Source: Hydrolagus affinis (lineage: Eukaryota). Taken from it: a stretch of DNA of 62,460 nucleotides. Location: the NCBI GenBank assembly GCA_012026655.1, contig JAAILG010001723.1:1-62460 (forward strand), in the 5' to 3' direction. The notes below the pieces were generated by a model. It searched no databases and was not told where the DNA came from. It saw only the letters and a program-made list of their open reading frames with translations. The number at the start of each line of letters is the position of its first letter. Position 1 is the stretch's first letter. Below are positions 1 through 21,374 of the stretch, in pieces. The position numbers were made by a program, and so were the translations under genes.

Positions 1-139
1 TCTCTCTCACCCCCCACCCCTTGCATACCTGTATATTGTATTCGAGGACTGTGAATACAATATGGCGGCTTTGCACCTCGGTCTGTGCATTGTGTATAGA
101 GATGAGCATTGTGGGTCTTGTAGTTCAGTGTGCTCGCAT

Positions 140-264
140 ACCGATTTTTACCTCGATATATCGTTTTTTCGGTTTATCGATATTTTTAAAATGTCTATAT
201 CGGCATATCGATATGAAATTCATACCGGGATTTTAGCGATATATCGATATATCGCCGGACCCTA
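140..264. mobile_element. End of a non-autonomous DNA transposon (hAT-like MITE)
   Basis: CpG-rich run of subterminal ATCGAT/GATATATCG repeats ending ...CGCCGGACCCTA (TAGGG on the other strand). The partner end was not seen. Confidence 0.5.
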
Positions 265-420
265 GTAACAATGCACAGGAACACTATACAACAGCGGCCC
301 TGCACCCGCAAAGTAGAGTGGGATCTTTCTGTCTCTAGACATTTTCTATTCCCCTATTAAGTACCAACCTACACACACAGCGGTCTACGCAACCAACCGA
401 GTGCCATCTGATCAAAGTTC

Positions 421-720
421 AACAACAACAAAATGACATTTGTAAAATGCCTTTCACGTTGGGGGGACATCCCAAGGCACTGGACAATCAGTGTTTCGGA
501 CCTGAGAGTGGCTGAAGGCCCACCGCCCAATGGTGAATGTGAACCAGGCCAGAACCTGCTGGATGGAGAGAGCAGGCGGGGTGATAGGGGATTAGGAGGT
601 CGCAGAACTAGTGGGGATGCAAGGCCATGGAGGGCTTTGAAAGTGAGGAGCAGGATCTGGAACCTGTCCTTTGGGTGCCTTTGAGTATGTGCCACTAACA
701 ATCAGGTGCTGTAAGAAGAA
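421..720 (-). mobile_element. L2-clade LINE 3' fragment
   Basis: Minus-strand ORF contains FQILLLTFKALHGLA, typical of the L2 ORF2 C-terminus, followed by a 3' tail ending in (TTG)n. Confidence 0.7.
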
Positions 721-894
721 ATAAAAATTTATATGTAGTTTCACATTAAGAGGATGTCCCAACAATATCTGCTTATAGATTTTCCTCAACCTCTCTCCTT
801 TTTATTTGTCCAAAGTGCTTGCATTCAGAGCTGGTTCCTTGGTGCAGGGTTAACATGGTAATGTTAAATGAAACTGTTGCCGTGTTTGTACCAG

Positions 895-3800
895 ATTCAG
901 TTTGACATCACGCGAATAAAACAGAAGATGAAGGAACTCGCCAGCCTACATGACAAGTACCTAAACAGGCCTACACTGGACGACAGTAGTGAGGAAGAGC
1001 ATGCCATCGAAATCACCACACAGGAAATCACACAGGTGAGCCATAGATCTTTACAGCACAAAAGAAGGCCATTTAGTCTATCATGTCTCTTCCCCTTTCT
1101 CTGTGTGGATGTGTCTGGTGGCCAGCTCCTCAGACAGTTGTTGAATGAACCCTTGTCACTATTTGAGTTGTTAGTTTATCCTACTCGATCAACTTTTCAC
1201 ATGAGAATCCAATTAATCAACTGGGTTCCAGATCTTCAGGATGAAACTCACGGAAAACAGAAATGGCTGGGCAGGTCCCGCAGTGACGGAGCGCCATTGA
1301 TTAATTGCCTTTGTTTCTCCTCCCATCAGATGTTCCACAGGTGTCAGCGGGCTGTACAGACCCTGCAGAGTAGATGGCGAAGTTGCACAGAGCAAGAGGA
1401 ACGAGTGCTCCGAAACGTCGTCTCGTCCTTAGCTCAGTCTCTACAGGACCAATCGACCCAGTTCCGACATGCTCAGTCCAGCTATCTTAAACGTAAGCAC
1501 CTGAGGACAGCGACTGTTCTGAATGGAATAGTGTTTAGGTTTAGAAAAACTGTGGGAAGGGCAAGGTTGGTGTTATTAATAATAATAATAATCCTTGCAT
1601 TTGATATAGCATCTTATCATGTTGGTGAGATGTCACAAAGGACTTCACGGAATCTACTGTAAAGTAAATTGACTATGTATTTTGTGTGCAAAATTTGAAA
1701 GAAGGGGTGACTTTACTACGCCACTGAAGTAGAATAGAGAGACTTCCTTGATGCAAGATGTTGAAGGGTGACTGAGGAATGAGGAAGTCTCTGAGGATTG
1801 AGCAATCTTTTGTTCCATTTCCAAGCAACTGTCTCTCGCACACCTTGACAATTGTCCTCCCTCCTGCTTTGAGCTTCAAATGTTTCTCAAGTAAAAATTT
1901 ATGATACCGATAAATTGGTCTGTTCAATTATGCAGAGTTTTTTGCATTCCTGCACAATGCACCTGTCACCACGTCTCAAAGCTCATGCCAGCTCATCCTG
2001 AGCAGAACATTTGGAGGAATCTACATCTCATTACATTTCCGCTTCAGTCAACTCCTTTCAGTCTCTTATTTCATGTACGTTCTGCATGGACAAAGAGTGC
2101 AATTCATGTGTATGCTGTGGAGTGTTTTGAGATGGCTCAATGATGTGATAAATCGCTTTATCAAAGGCAAGAATTATTATTATTATTATAAAGCTTGCAG
2201 CCATGTGGCCGTTCTCCAGAGGAGCCTAAATAAACATTTTTGTAGGTTATTAAAACGAACAAAATCCTTTCTGTTGTGTGACTGGAATTTCTTGCCTAAA
2301 CTTGGCGATCTAATTGAGCAAGAACCTTGGAAAACATTGAATACACTCCTTAACCTTTCGGGCTAAATGCAGTTCGTTTCTCTCACAGGCATGAAGAACA
2401 GAGAAGAAAGATCCAAACACTTTTTTGATACGTCAGTGCCGCTGATGGACGATGGGGAAGATGCCGGCCTTTATGATAAGGTGGGGATTCTTTCCTTCAG
2501 TTTGGACGACGAGAGATGGGACGGGATGGGAATCAAGATCACATTGCAGCAAGGTTATCCAAAGATCCAAATTCCTTGTGTTTTATGGAAAAGACGTATT
2601 TTTGCAGAGCAGAGATAATTACTTTGTAAATTTTGTAGCGAAGGTAAGAGATGGTGTGTATTAGCTAACAGCCATTGGATAATGGTCTAACAAGTGACAG
2701 TAGTAGCACAAAAGAGTCAGCTTCTGTTAGCGTAGAATTGCATGGAATGACACGGCACAATTTAGCCCAACTAGTCCTTACTGGTGTTTACACTCCATGC
2801 TGGGAATCAAACCCATGTCTCTCGCTTACGAGGCGAGTGCTCTAACCACCGAGCTACAGGTCTCCACATGTAGTTCACAGTCGTGGATTGAGTGACCAAT
2901 TTATAATTTTTAAAATTTCTGTTTGAAGGGATTATTCCCACCGGGAAAGCAATCCACCAACCGACTAGTTCCCTAACATAGTTCCTACTTACTGCTAAGT
3001 AAACAGAGGTCTGTGAAGGAAGGAAGTTTGCCTAAGGTTTTGCTCTGCCTGGGTCCTCTGTTTTGTGAGGCGAGTGCTCTAAGGCGAGTGCTCTAACTGA
3101 TACATGACAGGACTCCACAATTGACAGACACTGAATGTTTCTTGGTTGTGTTGCAGGGTTTCTCCAATGACCAGTTGCTGTTGGTGGAGCAGAACTCCCT
3201 GATGGTGGAGGAGCGGGAAAAGGAGATCAGGCAGATCGTGCAGTCAATCTCAGACTTGAACGAAATATTTAGAGAATTGGCCACAATGATTGTGGAACAG
3301 GTAAGTTTGGATTTGGTTCATTTCTTTTTAAATAGTGACACATGCCTACACACCCAATGTCATCCCATCTCCAGGAGGCAGGCCAGCTGGTGGGTTGTAT
3401 GTACAGTGTACAAGCAGCACAAAAACGCATTAAAATATTTTATACCATTTACTCATTCTGTGTAAAATATGAATGTTGAATCTGATGACACAAATGTTGT
3501 AGACATTTATGTATATTATTTCATGTTATTATTGTATATTATTTATATTATAGACATTGGGAAGTCAGAAAACAGAAACAGGAGTGGTTCATCAGGCAAA
3601 TCTCTTGATCCTAGTACCCTACTCTTTCACCATCCCTTAATACCTCTACTACCCAAGTATCTATCTCTCTTTTAAACATCTATTGATTTCAGCTACATCT
3701 TTGGTTCCTCATCTTCACAACCCTCTGTGTGAACGATTGCTTCCTAGCTATCCCTTTGAGTTTACGGCTATTTGTTCCCACTTATAATTGGGAACTCAGC

Positions 3801-5319
3801 TATTTCTCCTGTCTTACTCCCCAGGGAACCATTTTGGACAGGATTGACTACAATGTTGAACAGTCTTGTGTTAAAACCGAAGAGGGCTTACAACAATTAC
3901 AGAAGGTAAGAGCGACATAGATGTGACATTGTGAACCCTATTTGTCAAATATTTTACATGCAACGTTTCTGTACAGAATGAGTCACAGCACTGTAGATAC
4001 ATCATTTTTTGTTGTTGCTTTGTGCCTTTTGTACAGTTTATACCACTGTGGGATGGATAATTCTGTGGGGTAATTTGCCATTGTTTCAATACATGTTTAG
4101 GAATACTGGTCAACCTACTGGTTAGTCTGTCAAAATTATCCTTAAAAGGGTGCTTTTGGGGTCTGAAATATGGCATTATCAGCTGCATTTGCATACTTTG
4201 CAACTAGATATGTTTCTCACTGACCCTTGGGAACCCTTGGGGTTGCTAAGCCAGTCATCTGGTCACTGAGGAGTTGTTTTTTACAGATCTGTTGAGAATA
4301 TTGAATATTAACCAACTCTGCCAGCACCACAGCAAAGCCCTGTGTGAGGGTCTTTGCAGGGAGCGAGGTCTGGAACTGGGTGAGCAGTGGGTTGGAGTGC
4401 AGTACAGTATGTGTAGTTGGAATAGAAGGATGTATAACACTATTGAATGCATTGATTGATATCCTGTATACAGTACCTGATTGATTAGTTCAGCAAAAAA
4501 CAAGCAGCCATTCCCATGGCATACAGTTTCTAGTGTGTACTGCTGTCTGGATTTAATTCCTCTCTTTACTAGTTGAATTAGATTGACCTAGTGGTTGCAA
4601 TGTAGTTTAAATATGATATTGTTCGGTTCACCCCAGCTTTGAACTAATAATAATAATATTCCTTACAACTGAAATAGAACCTTATGGTGTCTTTGAGATG
4701 TCTCAAACCGCTTCACTGAATATACAGTAAAAGCCCGTTTATCTGTGACCCAATCAACTGGAGTGTCCGTATAACTGGCACCTTAAAAAAAAGGTCCTCA
4801 TTCGATTAACCGGAATTTATCCGGCACAATATTATTTTTTAAAAAGTTTTTTTTTGTGTGTGTGTGTGTTTTCGGCCGAATATCCGGCAGGCGCTTTAAC
4901 CGGTATTGGCTAGGTCCCGAGGGTGCCGGATAAACAGGTTTTTACTGTACTCTAAAGTGAATTGATTGTATAATTTGTGGGTGAAACTGTGCACAGCAGT
5001 GTCCCACAGTCATGGAGCAGCTATCACTCCCATCAGCTATCGCAGTGCACACCAATGCCGGGAGTGCTCTGGCTCACAGGACAGACTGTCTCAGCTTCGT
5101 GACTGAAACACGATGGCAAAGGAGGCTATGAACCTCAAAAGAGGGGAGAGTGGTGAAGGAGAGAGGGATTTCTGCAACTAAAGATAATAACTTTCTGTTT
5201 TGTTTCTGTTCCAGGCAGAACACTATCAGAAGAAGAATCGGAAGATGCTGGTCATTTTAATTCTGTTTGTCATTGTGGTTGTTCTCATTATCGTGTTAAT
5301 CGGCGTGAAATCCAGGTGA
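895..5319 (+). CDS. STX16: Syntaxin-16 (Qa-SNARE), 5'-partial; last six coding exons: 895-1035, 1330-1492, 2389-2480, 3157-3300, 3825-3905, 5215-5319
   Basis: All exons have AG/GT boundaries with consistent phases. Translation: [47 protein letters not shown]..., SNARE motif [43 protein letters not shown], and C-terminal TM anchor [29 protein letters not shown]. Upstream exons lie left of the window. Confidence 0.97.
2798..3118 (-). mobile_element. Two tandem tRNA-headed SINE 5' portions
   Basis: Reverse complements of GTGGAG..CTGTAGCTC.GTGGTTAGAGCACTCGCC at about 2830-2867 and 3068-3118, matching the head of the copy at 48440. Confidence 0.7.
4725..4947. mobile_element. Tc1/mariner-pogo (Tigger-like) MITE nested in a SINE
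   Basis: TIRs CAGTAAAAGCCCGTTTATCTG and CAGTAAAAACCTGTTTATCCG (reverse complement of the right end), 18/21 identical; TA duplicated at 4723-4724 and 4948-4949; host SINE tail continues on both sides. Confidence 0.85.
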
Positions 5320-7449
5320 TCTGCAGGAAAGCCACCACTTGAGGAAACTGGATGCCGTCCGACGGGTTGGGGGTGAAATCATGTCTGCTTAAAATGGGGA
5401 TGGGATCGGACGGATGGACTCTTGGCGTTATTACAGAAAATCAGGAAAATGTTTTGATTGCAGTGTTGTCGTGTGCAGGGTGGGTGTGCGGTCTCGTGTG
5501 CTGTGGGCAGCACTTGGATCTGTGTCTGCCGCTTGCTGCCTCTCTGAGTCATTGTGCCAGTGATTGTACGCATTTGTATCCCCTCATTTAAAGGGCCACT
5601 TCACCCTCTTGTTACCACTGAAAGGAGCTTTGCCCAACTCTTAACCTAAGGGGTGCGGGTATGAGGGCACTTGGCTTGCATGCAGGAAGTTCCTCCTTGT
5701 GCTACTGTTCTCCCACAGGAAGTTAGGTGTTATTCAAGGTGAAACCTGGCTGCTGAGCAATATGTTTTTAAAAGGCTCAAAAGACTTTATAGCCAGACTT
5801 TGCGCATTGTCATGTAACCGGCTATTAATCAGAAAACATTAAGGAGTATTTATTAGAATCACATTCGCTGTCAGTGGTTCTCGTTTCAGCTCCACCTGAA
5901 TATGTAGCAACTGCAGTGTGCGTATGGTGCAGTGCATTCAACAACAATAATAAATTATATTTGTGTAGCGCCTTTCACGTCAGGAAGACGTCACGAGGTT
6001 CTCGTACCCGGCACTAGAGAGCAGTGAGGTTTCTTATTGGTTTTTTGCTGAAGTCAACAGTGCCCCTGTGGAGAGGAGCCACACAAGGAACTGGGGAACT
6101 ACAGAGCTTGTCTCTAGCTGGCAAACTAAATCCATTGGAAGAGTCCTGGGAGCACCAATCTCTGGGCTGCAGATGTGAGAGGGGTGTGATTTGGGGGGTG
6201 GTGGGTGGACATAGACCAACTAGGTAAGCAACTAGAATCCTTTTAAAATAGTGATCAGGCTTAGCTTGAACTGACAGAAAACGGTGACAAAGAAACCTCC
6301 TGGGTTCTACCATGAAGGTGACGCAATGATGCGACCCTGGGTTCGCCTCAGAGGCTCGTCCTTATTTTCTGACGCTGGTGACATTCCCGCTGGGCCCTTA
6401 GGCTTCACATAATGGTACGAAACCTTCAGCTTCCCCCTCCCCCTCTCCCTCCCCCCCCCCCCCCTGCGATGTGAACAGGAAGTGAGAGAATCTGCTGGTG
6501 AAATTAGAACTTGAGCTTTGTTTATGATGTGTTTGTGAATCATGGGTCAGAACGATGAACTGCGTGTAATTGACTGGATTTTGGAATTGTGTATTTGTGA
6601 CTGGGTAGACTGCGCCAGGCCTCACCAAGATGGGAGAATATTGAGAGTTTGGGAAAATGTTGCTTCTGTGGGGAACTTGCTTTTATGCTATGGATGTGTG
6701 GGGTGTGCATTCAGGTGATAAACGTGTGTAATTATGTCATATACTTGCAACCTGTAGTCTGTGTCCTGCGTTCAGTAATGAAGAGTTCATTACTGTACCA
6801 TGATACCAGCTGAGACGTGGCAAGTCTCTTTTAAAACGTTTCTGAATAATACCAATTTGCGGTTGAATTTTGCCAGCATTCTGAATGCAGCCCTCTCAAC
6901 CCAGAGTGGTCAGAGCCAGGCACTCCTTCCTTGTGATATACATTTGCGCCCTGTTGTGGATCCTTTATACCCGCTGGCTTACACTGTATTGTAAGGTTAT
7001 TCGGGATATTCAGAGAACAACGCTGGTCAGAAAAAAATATTTGCCACAACTCCATACACAGAAGTGAACAATAGATAATACTGTAATAATAAGCTTTGCA
7101 TTTGGTATAGCGCCGTATCATGTCTTTGAGAAGTCTTAAAGCCCTTCACAGAATATACTGTAAAGTGAATTGACCGCGTATGTTGAGGGAGATCTGCAAA
7201 AATATTCTGTAGATCTCAGACTTCCACCAACACAAGTGATAAGATTTAATGTTAGTCACAAAGTTAGAATTCCATCATTTATTTCAACAATATTTTCAAA
7301 ACATTACACTTAAATTCCCAGAAAGTATAAAGTATCCTTCCACAAATTTTGTAATTAACCCATTTAGGTCATTTGCGGTTTGTCTGCAACTAGATCATGG
7401 ACAGCTGGTACTATTGTGGACACTAATGGATTATTTTATTAATCCTTAT

Positions 7450-7810
7450 TAAGATAACACCATACTATGTCGTTGAAATGTCTCAAAACATTTTGCAAGA
7501 TTTATCACTGAGTGCAGTAAATATCTATTTTTGTAGGTGAACATGGCAGCCAGTTTGCACACAGCAGTGTCCCATCAATAATCATGAAGTGAACGGCAAT
7601 GGTGAATTGTTGACCAGGAGAAACTCGCTTCTCTTATTCAGTAACGACATTGGATTTGTAAAGTCCATGTAGGCAGAAGTGACGATGGTTTAATGTCTCT
7701 ACTAAAAGTCAGCACCTGTGATAATGCAGCACTCTGGCCCTGGAGTGTCAGGCTGCACTGTGAGTTCAATCTCAATGTGGGGCTTGACAGACTTGCCATT
7801 GTGTTGGACA
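7450..7810 (-). mobile_element. Degenerate Deu-domain SINE
   Basis: Reverse-complement similarity to the copy at 39205-39592 (Deu core and shared tail). Boundaries approximate. Confidence 0.6.
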
Positions 7811-10800
7811 GTAAGCCTGCTGCAACTAAAGCAACCGCTAGAGTTATTTTTGTTAAAAAAGGAAAACAAAAAGGAAATGAAAAAATAATAATCCTTGCAG
7901 TGAATATGGTGAAATGTCTCAAAGAGCTTCACAGTGTATATTGTAAATTGACTATGTGTTACATTGGAGGTAAAGAGTGATGGATGGCCTTGTAATCATG
8001 ATACTGTACATCCTTGAGAATCTAGCAATGAGGCTGGTAGTTGATTCTGTATTGTGCAGCGATGTATTATTCGGTGTCTGTCTAGTTTTAAGTTGCTTTT
8101 GACTATGCCCTTTTTACTATCAACAAATGAGGTGTTGAATCTTATGTAGAGTTCCTCACCATTACTGTGAGGCATTGGTAATACTGTACATTTGTAATTT
8201 TGTGTTATTATTTGAATTCTGTTTTGGAGCTTTGAGTTCATGCCGTGCAAAGTTGAGGTTGAATCCCTTAAATTCTCTCATTGTACGTGAGGAAAGAGCG
8301 CTCTGGGACACAACCCTGCATGAGGGGGCTATATGAATGCGAGTCGTTCTACATCTGAACTGACCCACTCACTAGCTAATTCTTTCTCTCTGTAAAATAT
8401 AAATTCTTAGAATGTGTTCTCATCTCCTCAGAGCAGAACAAATACCTTTTGAAATGAACCTATTAGAAAAACCAATTGTAGGCGGGCAGCAATAATCAGA
8501 CCGGAATTCTAATAGTGCTGTGAACTGTGTTTAGTGTCCAATCATGTAAAGTGAATCAGATTTGTGTAACTCAACTATCTCTATCCCGCTGGGTAGTGGA
8601 ATGAGAGGGGGGAACTTCTGGAGCCTTATGTCCATTTATTAAAGTCTTACAATTTCCAGATGCTCGCTCTAGGTTGGCACAACCGCAGTCAAATTACACA
8701 GCAGATTTGACAGCCATCGCTCTGTGGTCACTTTGAAGTAGTTTTGAAATGGGAACAATGTAAGAAATCATGGTATAATTTGTTGGTGTTTTATGAGCTT
8801 GTGTAAAGCTTGACATCTTTAAGCTATTGAATACTGATTTACATTAGGATTTCACACGGTTGCAATGGAGTATTTTACATACTGTCCACTAAATAAGAGG
8901 ATGGAGGGATGTTGTTAAGTTTGGTTTTGGGGAACTTGGGATCAGAGAGCATCAATGTAGAATTTTATCCTAGAAGATAGTACTGTACATGCATGTGGAA
9001 GGCCATGAGAAGCTGAATTATCTTTTCTCATTCCGGGCTTTATTTTTAGAGATTCGCTATGGAGGAACAGAGCTTGCATTTAATCACACTGCTGTGTTTA
9101 CAGTGCAGGGGGCACATCAGACTTTAACTCTCTCCCAGTGCTGTCGGTATTGGGTTGGGTGGCTGTGTCTGAACATCAACACCCCCCACTCAATTCACAC
9201 AGCAAATCTGCTCAGTGAATCACAGCAAAATATTCAGTATAAACAAACCAAAATACACTCCTTGAGATTGACTGAAATGAGCCGTTTGCCTGAATCATTT
9301 TGCTGTTACCCCATTATTCCCCCCATTCTACACAACCGGGTGTAAACTGGTATTGCAAAATAGACTCAGGCAGCTAATGCACTGATCATTGCCTCTAACA
9401 AACAATACATTAGTAAGCGATGGAAGGTTCTAGGGTTAGTTTTTGATCAAATACTCAACACATTTGCCCATTCTTGAGGTGATGAGACTGTTCTGCACTG
9501 AGGGAAAGATCAGTGCTGAGTAATGTTAAATGAAAGTTAGATTTGCTGATGTTATGCTCAGGTGGCCTTTGGAAGGCAGGCAGAACCTTTCCGCAGAGCA
9601 ATGGGTATGTTAGAGTCTGTAATGTGTATATGTCTGTGGAAAGAAAGGGCTCCCATGGGTCAAATAGCATCTATAGGATCTCATTATAGCTCAGTTCATA
9701 CCTCAAATGTTAAGGATTAAGTATTGCAGTCCAATTAAGGAAATGCGCACCTATTTGTTTGACTACTGTAGAAATTAATATGGTTTGTTGCGTATTTTGC
9801 AAAACACTAACTAGTAGTAAAGCTAAGGCAATGCCATTGCTTTGGGTTGGAACTATTGAAACCCACGATGAGTATATGGTGTAAGGATGAAGCTATGTCT
9901 TGAGTACCCCTGAGCTAATTTGGAGCTAAGAAAATAGCAAGTGTTTTGTTAACTGTGAGATTAGACGTAATAATACAGTACTTGCATTTGATATAGCACC
10001 TTATCAGGTCTTCGAGGCGTTTCAAAGCGCTTCACAGAATATATTGGAATTGAATTGACTGTATATAAGTAAATATCCTTGTATGTTTCCGTGGGCCTAG
10101 GTCTGTTGCAGCACCTTAACGGTTAACTTGTGCCTAGCGGTGTGTAGAGTCCAAACATCCACACTCATGTAAATTACCATAAACTCATTTGTTGGCTTTT
10201 TAAAAAAAATGTGATCAGCAGACTCAGGCACATTCCCACTGGCTACTCAGCCGGGCAGCCAGTAAATGGCCAATATTCAGAATGACACCCATCTGTGGCT
10301 CCTCATTGCCTGCTTTCCAAAGTTGGCCAACTCCATCGCTGGTCTGTGAGAGCCAAGCAGTTGAGTGATGCTGCCTCACTAACAATGCACTGCAATTGAC
10401 AACACTGCGAAATTGACAATTGACAACAGTGCTAACTCTCGTGTCATCCACGTGCTCTGATGTGTCTGGCAAAGCTAACTGAGACTAATCAAATAAAGGT
10501 TATTTTGATGTAAGAATCCTTTTATTATCTTGAAATGCAACTTGTCCGAACAGATGTATTTAAGTCTATTGTAAGATATGAATTTCATTCATTTGTACGT
10601 ATAGTTCTGGCTAACCATTTTGTTTATTTAGGATCGTGCTGCTTTATGCTACATGTGGATCAACACTCCTGCCATTACTACAGTTTTAGACTGTGAAGAA
10701 TTATTTTGTGAATATCTGTTCTTGTGCATGTGCTGTGCAATAGGAAAATGGCAAACCACCAACCAAAATGTGCTCTTTGTGTGGGTTTTTCTGTCTGTCT

Positions 10801-11683
10801 CTATGTATGTGTCTGTCTGTGTGTGTGTGTGTGGCACAGAGGAAGGGGGGTGGGGGAGAAAGAATTGCTGTGTGCTGGATTCAGATTGGGAAATTTTGGA
10901 AATGCGTTGGTTAACTGAGCACAGGCATTGGAGAACATGGGACTGTCTGCCATTGCATGGCCTGTGCACATCACGGAGTGACTCCCTGTGCATGTTCAGA
11001 GCCCACTGGGTGAAAGGCACCTGTACACACTCCCTGCTGGGACCTGCATGTGAACCAGCAAATGCAAGTTCCCCACACAGTAAAGGAGCCTCTGCTGTGG
11101 GCAGCTGTGTGTGTGTGTGGATGGCGTCACGTCTTGTGCGAGATACATCTTGTGTATACCATGGGACCTGTTTTTTTTAATGAATGAAACGGATGTAAGC
11201 ACGCGTACACTTTGGCTCATCTTTTGTGTATGTAGATTATGTAAAAAAAAATTAAAATTTTGAAAGCCTCAAGGTGGATTTGACACCGTCATTGCACAAA
11301 CCTCCATGTTTTGCATGTTAGATAGACACGTGAAAACCACTGGTGGCATTGCACACACAAGCTGCTCACCTCAGTGTGTGTGCTGCACATGTGCTGGTCC
11401 ACAAACACCAGCCTCTCGGGGGCAGCTGCCATCAGCGGCTTGAAATTTCACATCAAAAATGCTTCATAACAAGACTTTACATTGATCCGGGACAGAATTT
11501 GTTAGAAACTGGAGCAGATTAAAATGTATATCTTATTTTAATTTAAAGATAACAGACCCCGGTGCTGGCTGCCAGGCTGGGGATGTTTGTACCCGGAACC
11601 TTTGTTCACTATTTGCGCAGCGAGGGGACATGTTTGGTAGCGGGACATCAGTGGCGGGCGGACCCGGCTGCGTGGGCAAGAAA

Positions 11684-20075
<8,392 letters not shown>

Positions 20076-20509
20076 AGAGCGGAGGGCGTGCACATGGTCT
20101 GATCACTGATCTAATAATCAATCAATAATTGAACAGTTGAGGTAGAATCGCTCTCGGTTTCGTTCATTCAAAGGGTCAGGCCTACACAACCAGGGAGGTG
20201 ATCGCTTGTCACTGTGAGAGGTGGGAGCTGAAAGCCTCATCTCTAAATGCACTCCAACCGAGAATACAATTTAGGATAAAGTTGAGAGATGTTTCATATA
20301 TTAGGTGTTGTGTCCCATTGACAGTTAAATTTGCCTATCTGTAAATTTATTTGTGTGACTACTAAAATAGGTGAGGGCTCTACTAACATTGGGTGCGATG
20401 CAGTGGCTGAGTGGGGCATGGATTGGGGTGGCACATGTCGATTTGAATGTATCCCAGACTGATATCATGAAAATCTCCTTTGTATTTCGGAGGGTGGGTT
20501 TCCAGGAGC

Positions 20510-20515
20510 AATAAA
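20510..20515 (+). terminator. Candidate NPEPL1 polyadenylation signal
   Basis: AATAAA 435 nt after the stop, followed by T-rich sequence; further AATAAA at 20900 and 22103. Confidence 0.5.
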
Positions 20516-21368
20516 ATGCTGTTTTTCATCATTCAGTCCATCTCTCATGAAAGATTGTCGGTGAAAGCAGAACCTTGCTTGACAAGCTACATTGGATAAG
20601 TTCTATTCATACCTGATCACTCAGTGTCTGAATTGCAGGCACTGTCTGGTGTCTATAATCACCACCTGTCATTTTTCAAATACACCTTTCTCTGCCTTCA
20701 AAACCTCTTGGAAGTGGCTTTTTTTGTTAGATGGTGTAACCTTTTGTGGGGAGTACTGCTGTCCGTCACCCAGGAGAGTGAGAAGCCCCCACTCCATCCC
20801 CAGCCACTTCTGCCAGAGTAACCGAGAACATTGTCCCAAACTGTTTGGCTGCATGTTTATATTGAACAGATCGGAGTTGATGATTATGTTGATGACTTTA
20901 ATAAATAATTTTTCACAGTTGGTCATTGGTGATCTGTTTACTTCCCACAAACAATCACTTTCCGTGTTACCACATCCTGCACATTCTTGCGGGACGCTAA
21001 CCCGTGCGGAGGGCGTTATATAAATGCAAGTTGCATATCTTCATCGCAGAAAAACCCAGTGAGAAAAATATGAGTGAGGCAACCAATAGTTTTTAAATGA
21101 ACTAAATTAACAGGGCAGTGAATGGAAAGTATCCCTCAGCTGAGCCTCTCAAGAACTTATATTTATTTTTGGTCAAACAGGTGACTGATGTGGGTGGAAA
21201 CCCATTACCTGACTTAAAAGCATCCAAACCGAACATGCCATTTCCATCTTCCATCCCACTTACACATGGAAATTTCAGAGTTGTACATTGGAATAGTTGC
21301 TGCTGGGACGCAACCTGCTTACCTCAAGAAATTCACACTTCACGTTCAGTTTAATACTCTTCCTATTG

Positions 21369-21374
21369 TTTATT
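21369..21374 (-). terminator. Candidate polyadenylation signal of the Piezo gene
   Basis: TTTATT on + (AATAAA on -) about 1.5 kb past the stop at 22852; a second copy at 21162-21167. Confidence 0.35.

Noticed and set aside
868-1662. 264-aa ORF as a single-exon gene or retained-intron isoform
   Set aside because: It is two STX16 exons joined by a 294-nt intron that happens to be stop-free, and it runs into a SINE tail; strong splice sites explain it.
10649-11220. ORFs of 123-175 aa between STX16 and NPEPL1
   Set aside because: Driven by GT/CA repeats and Cys/Val-rich, with no recognisable domain; more likely 3'UTR or intergenic.
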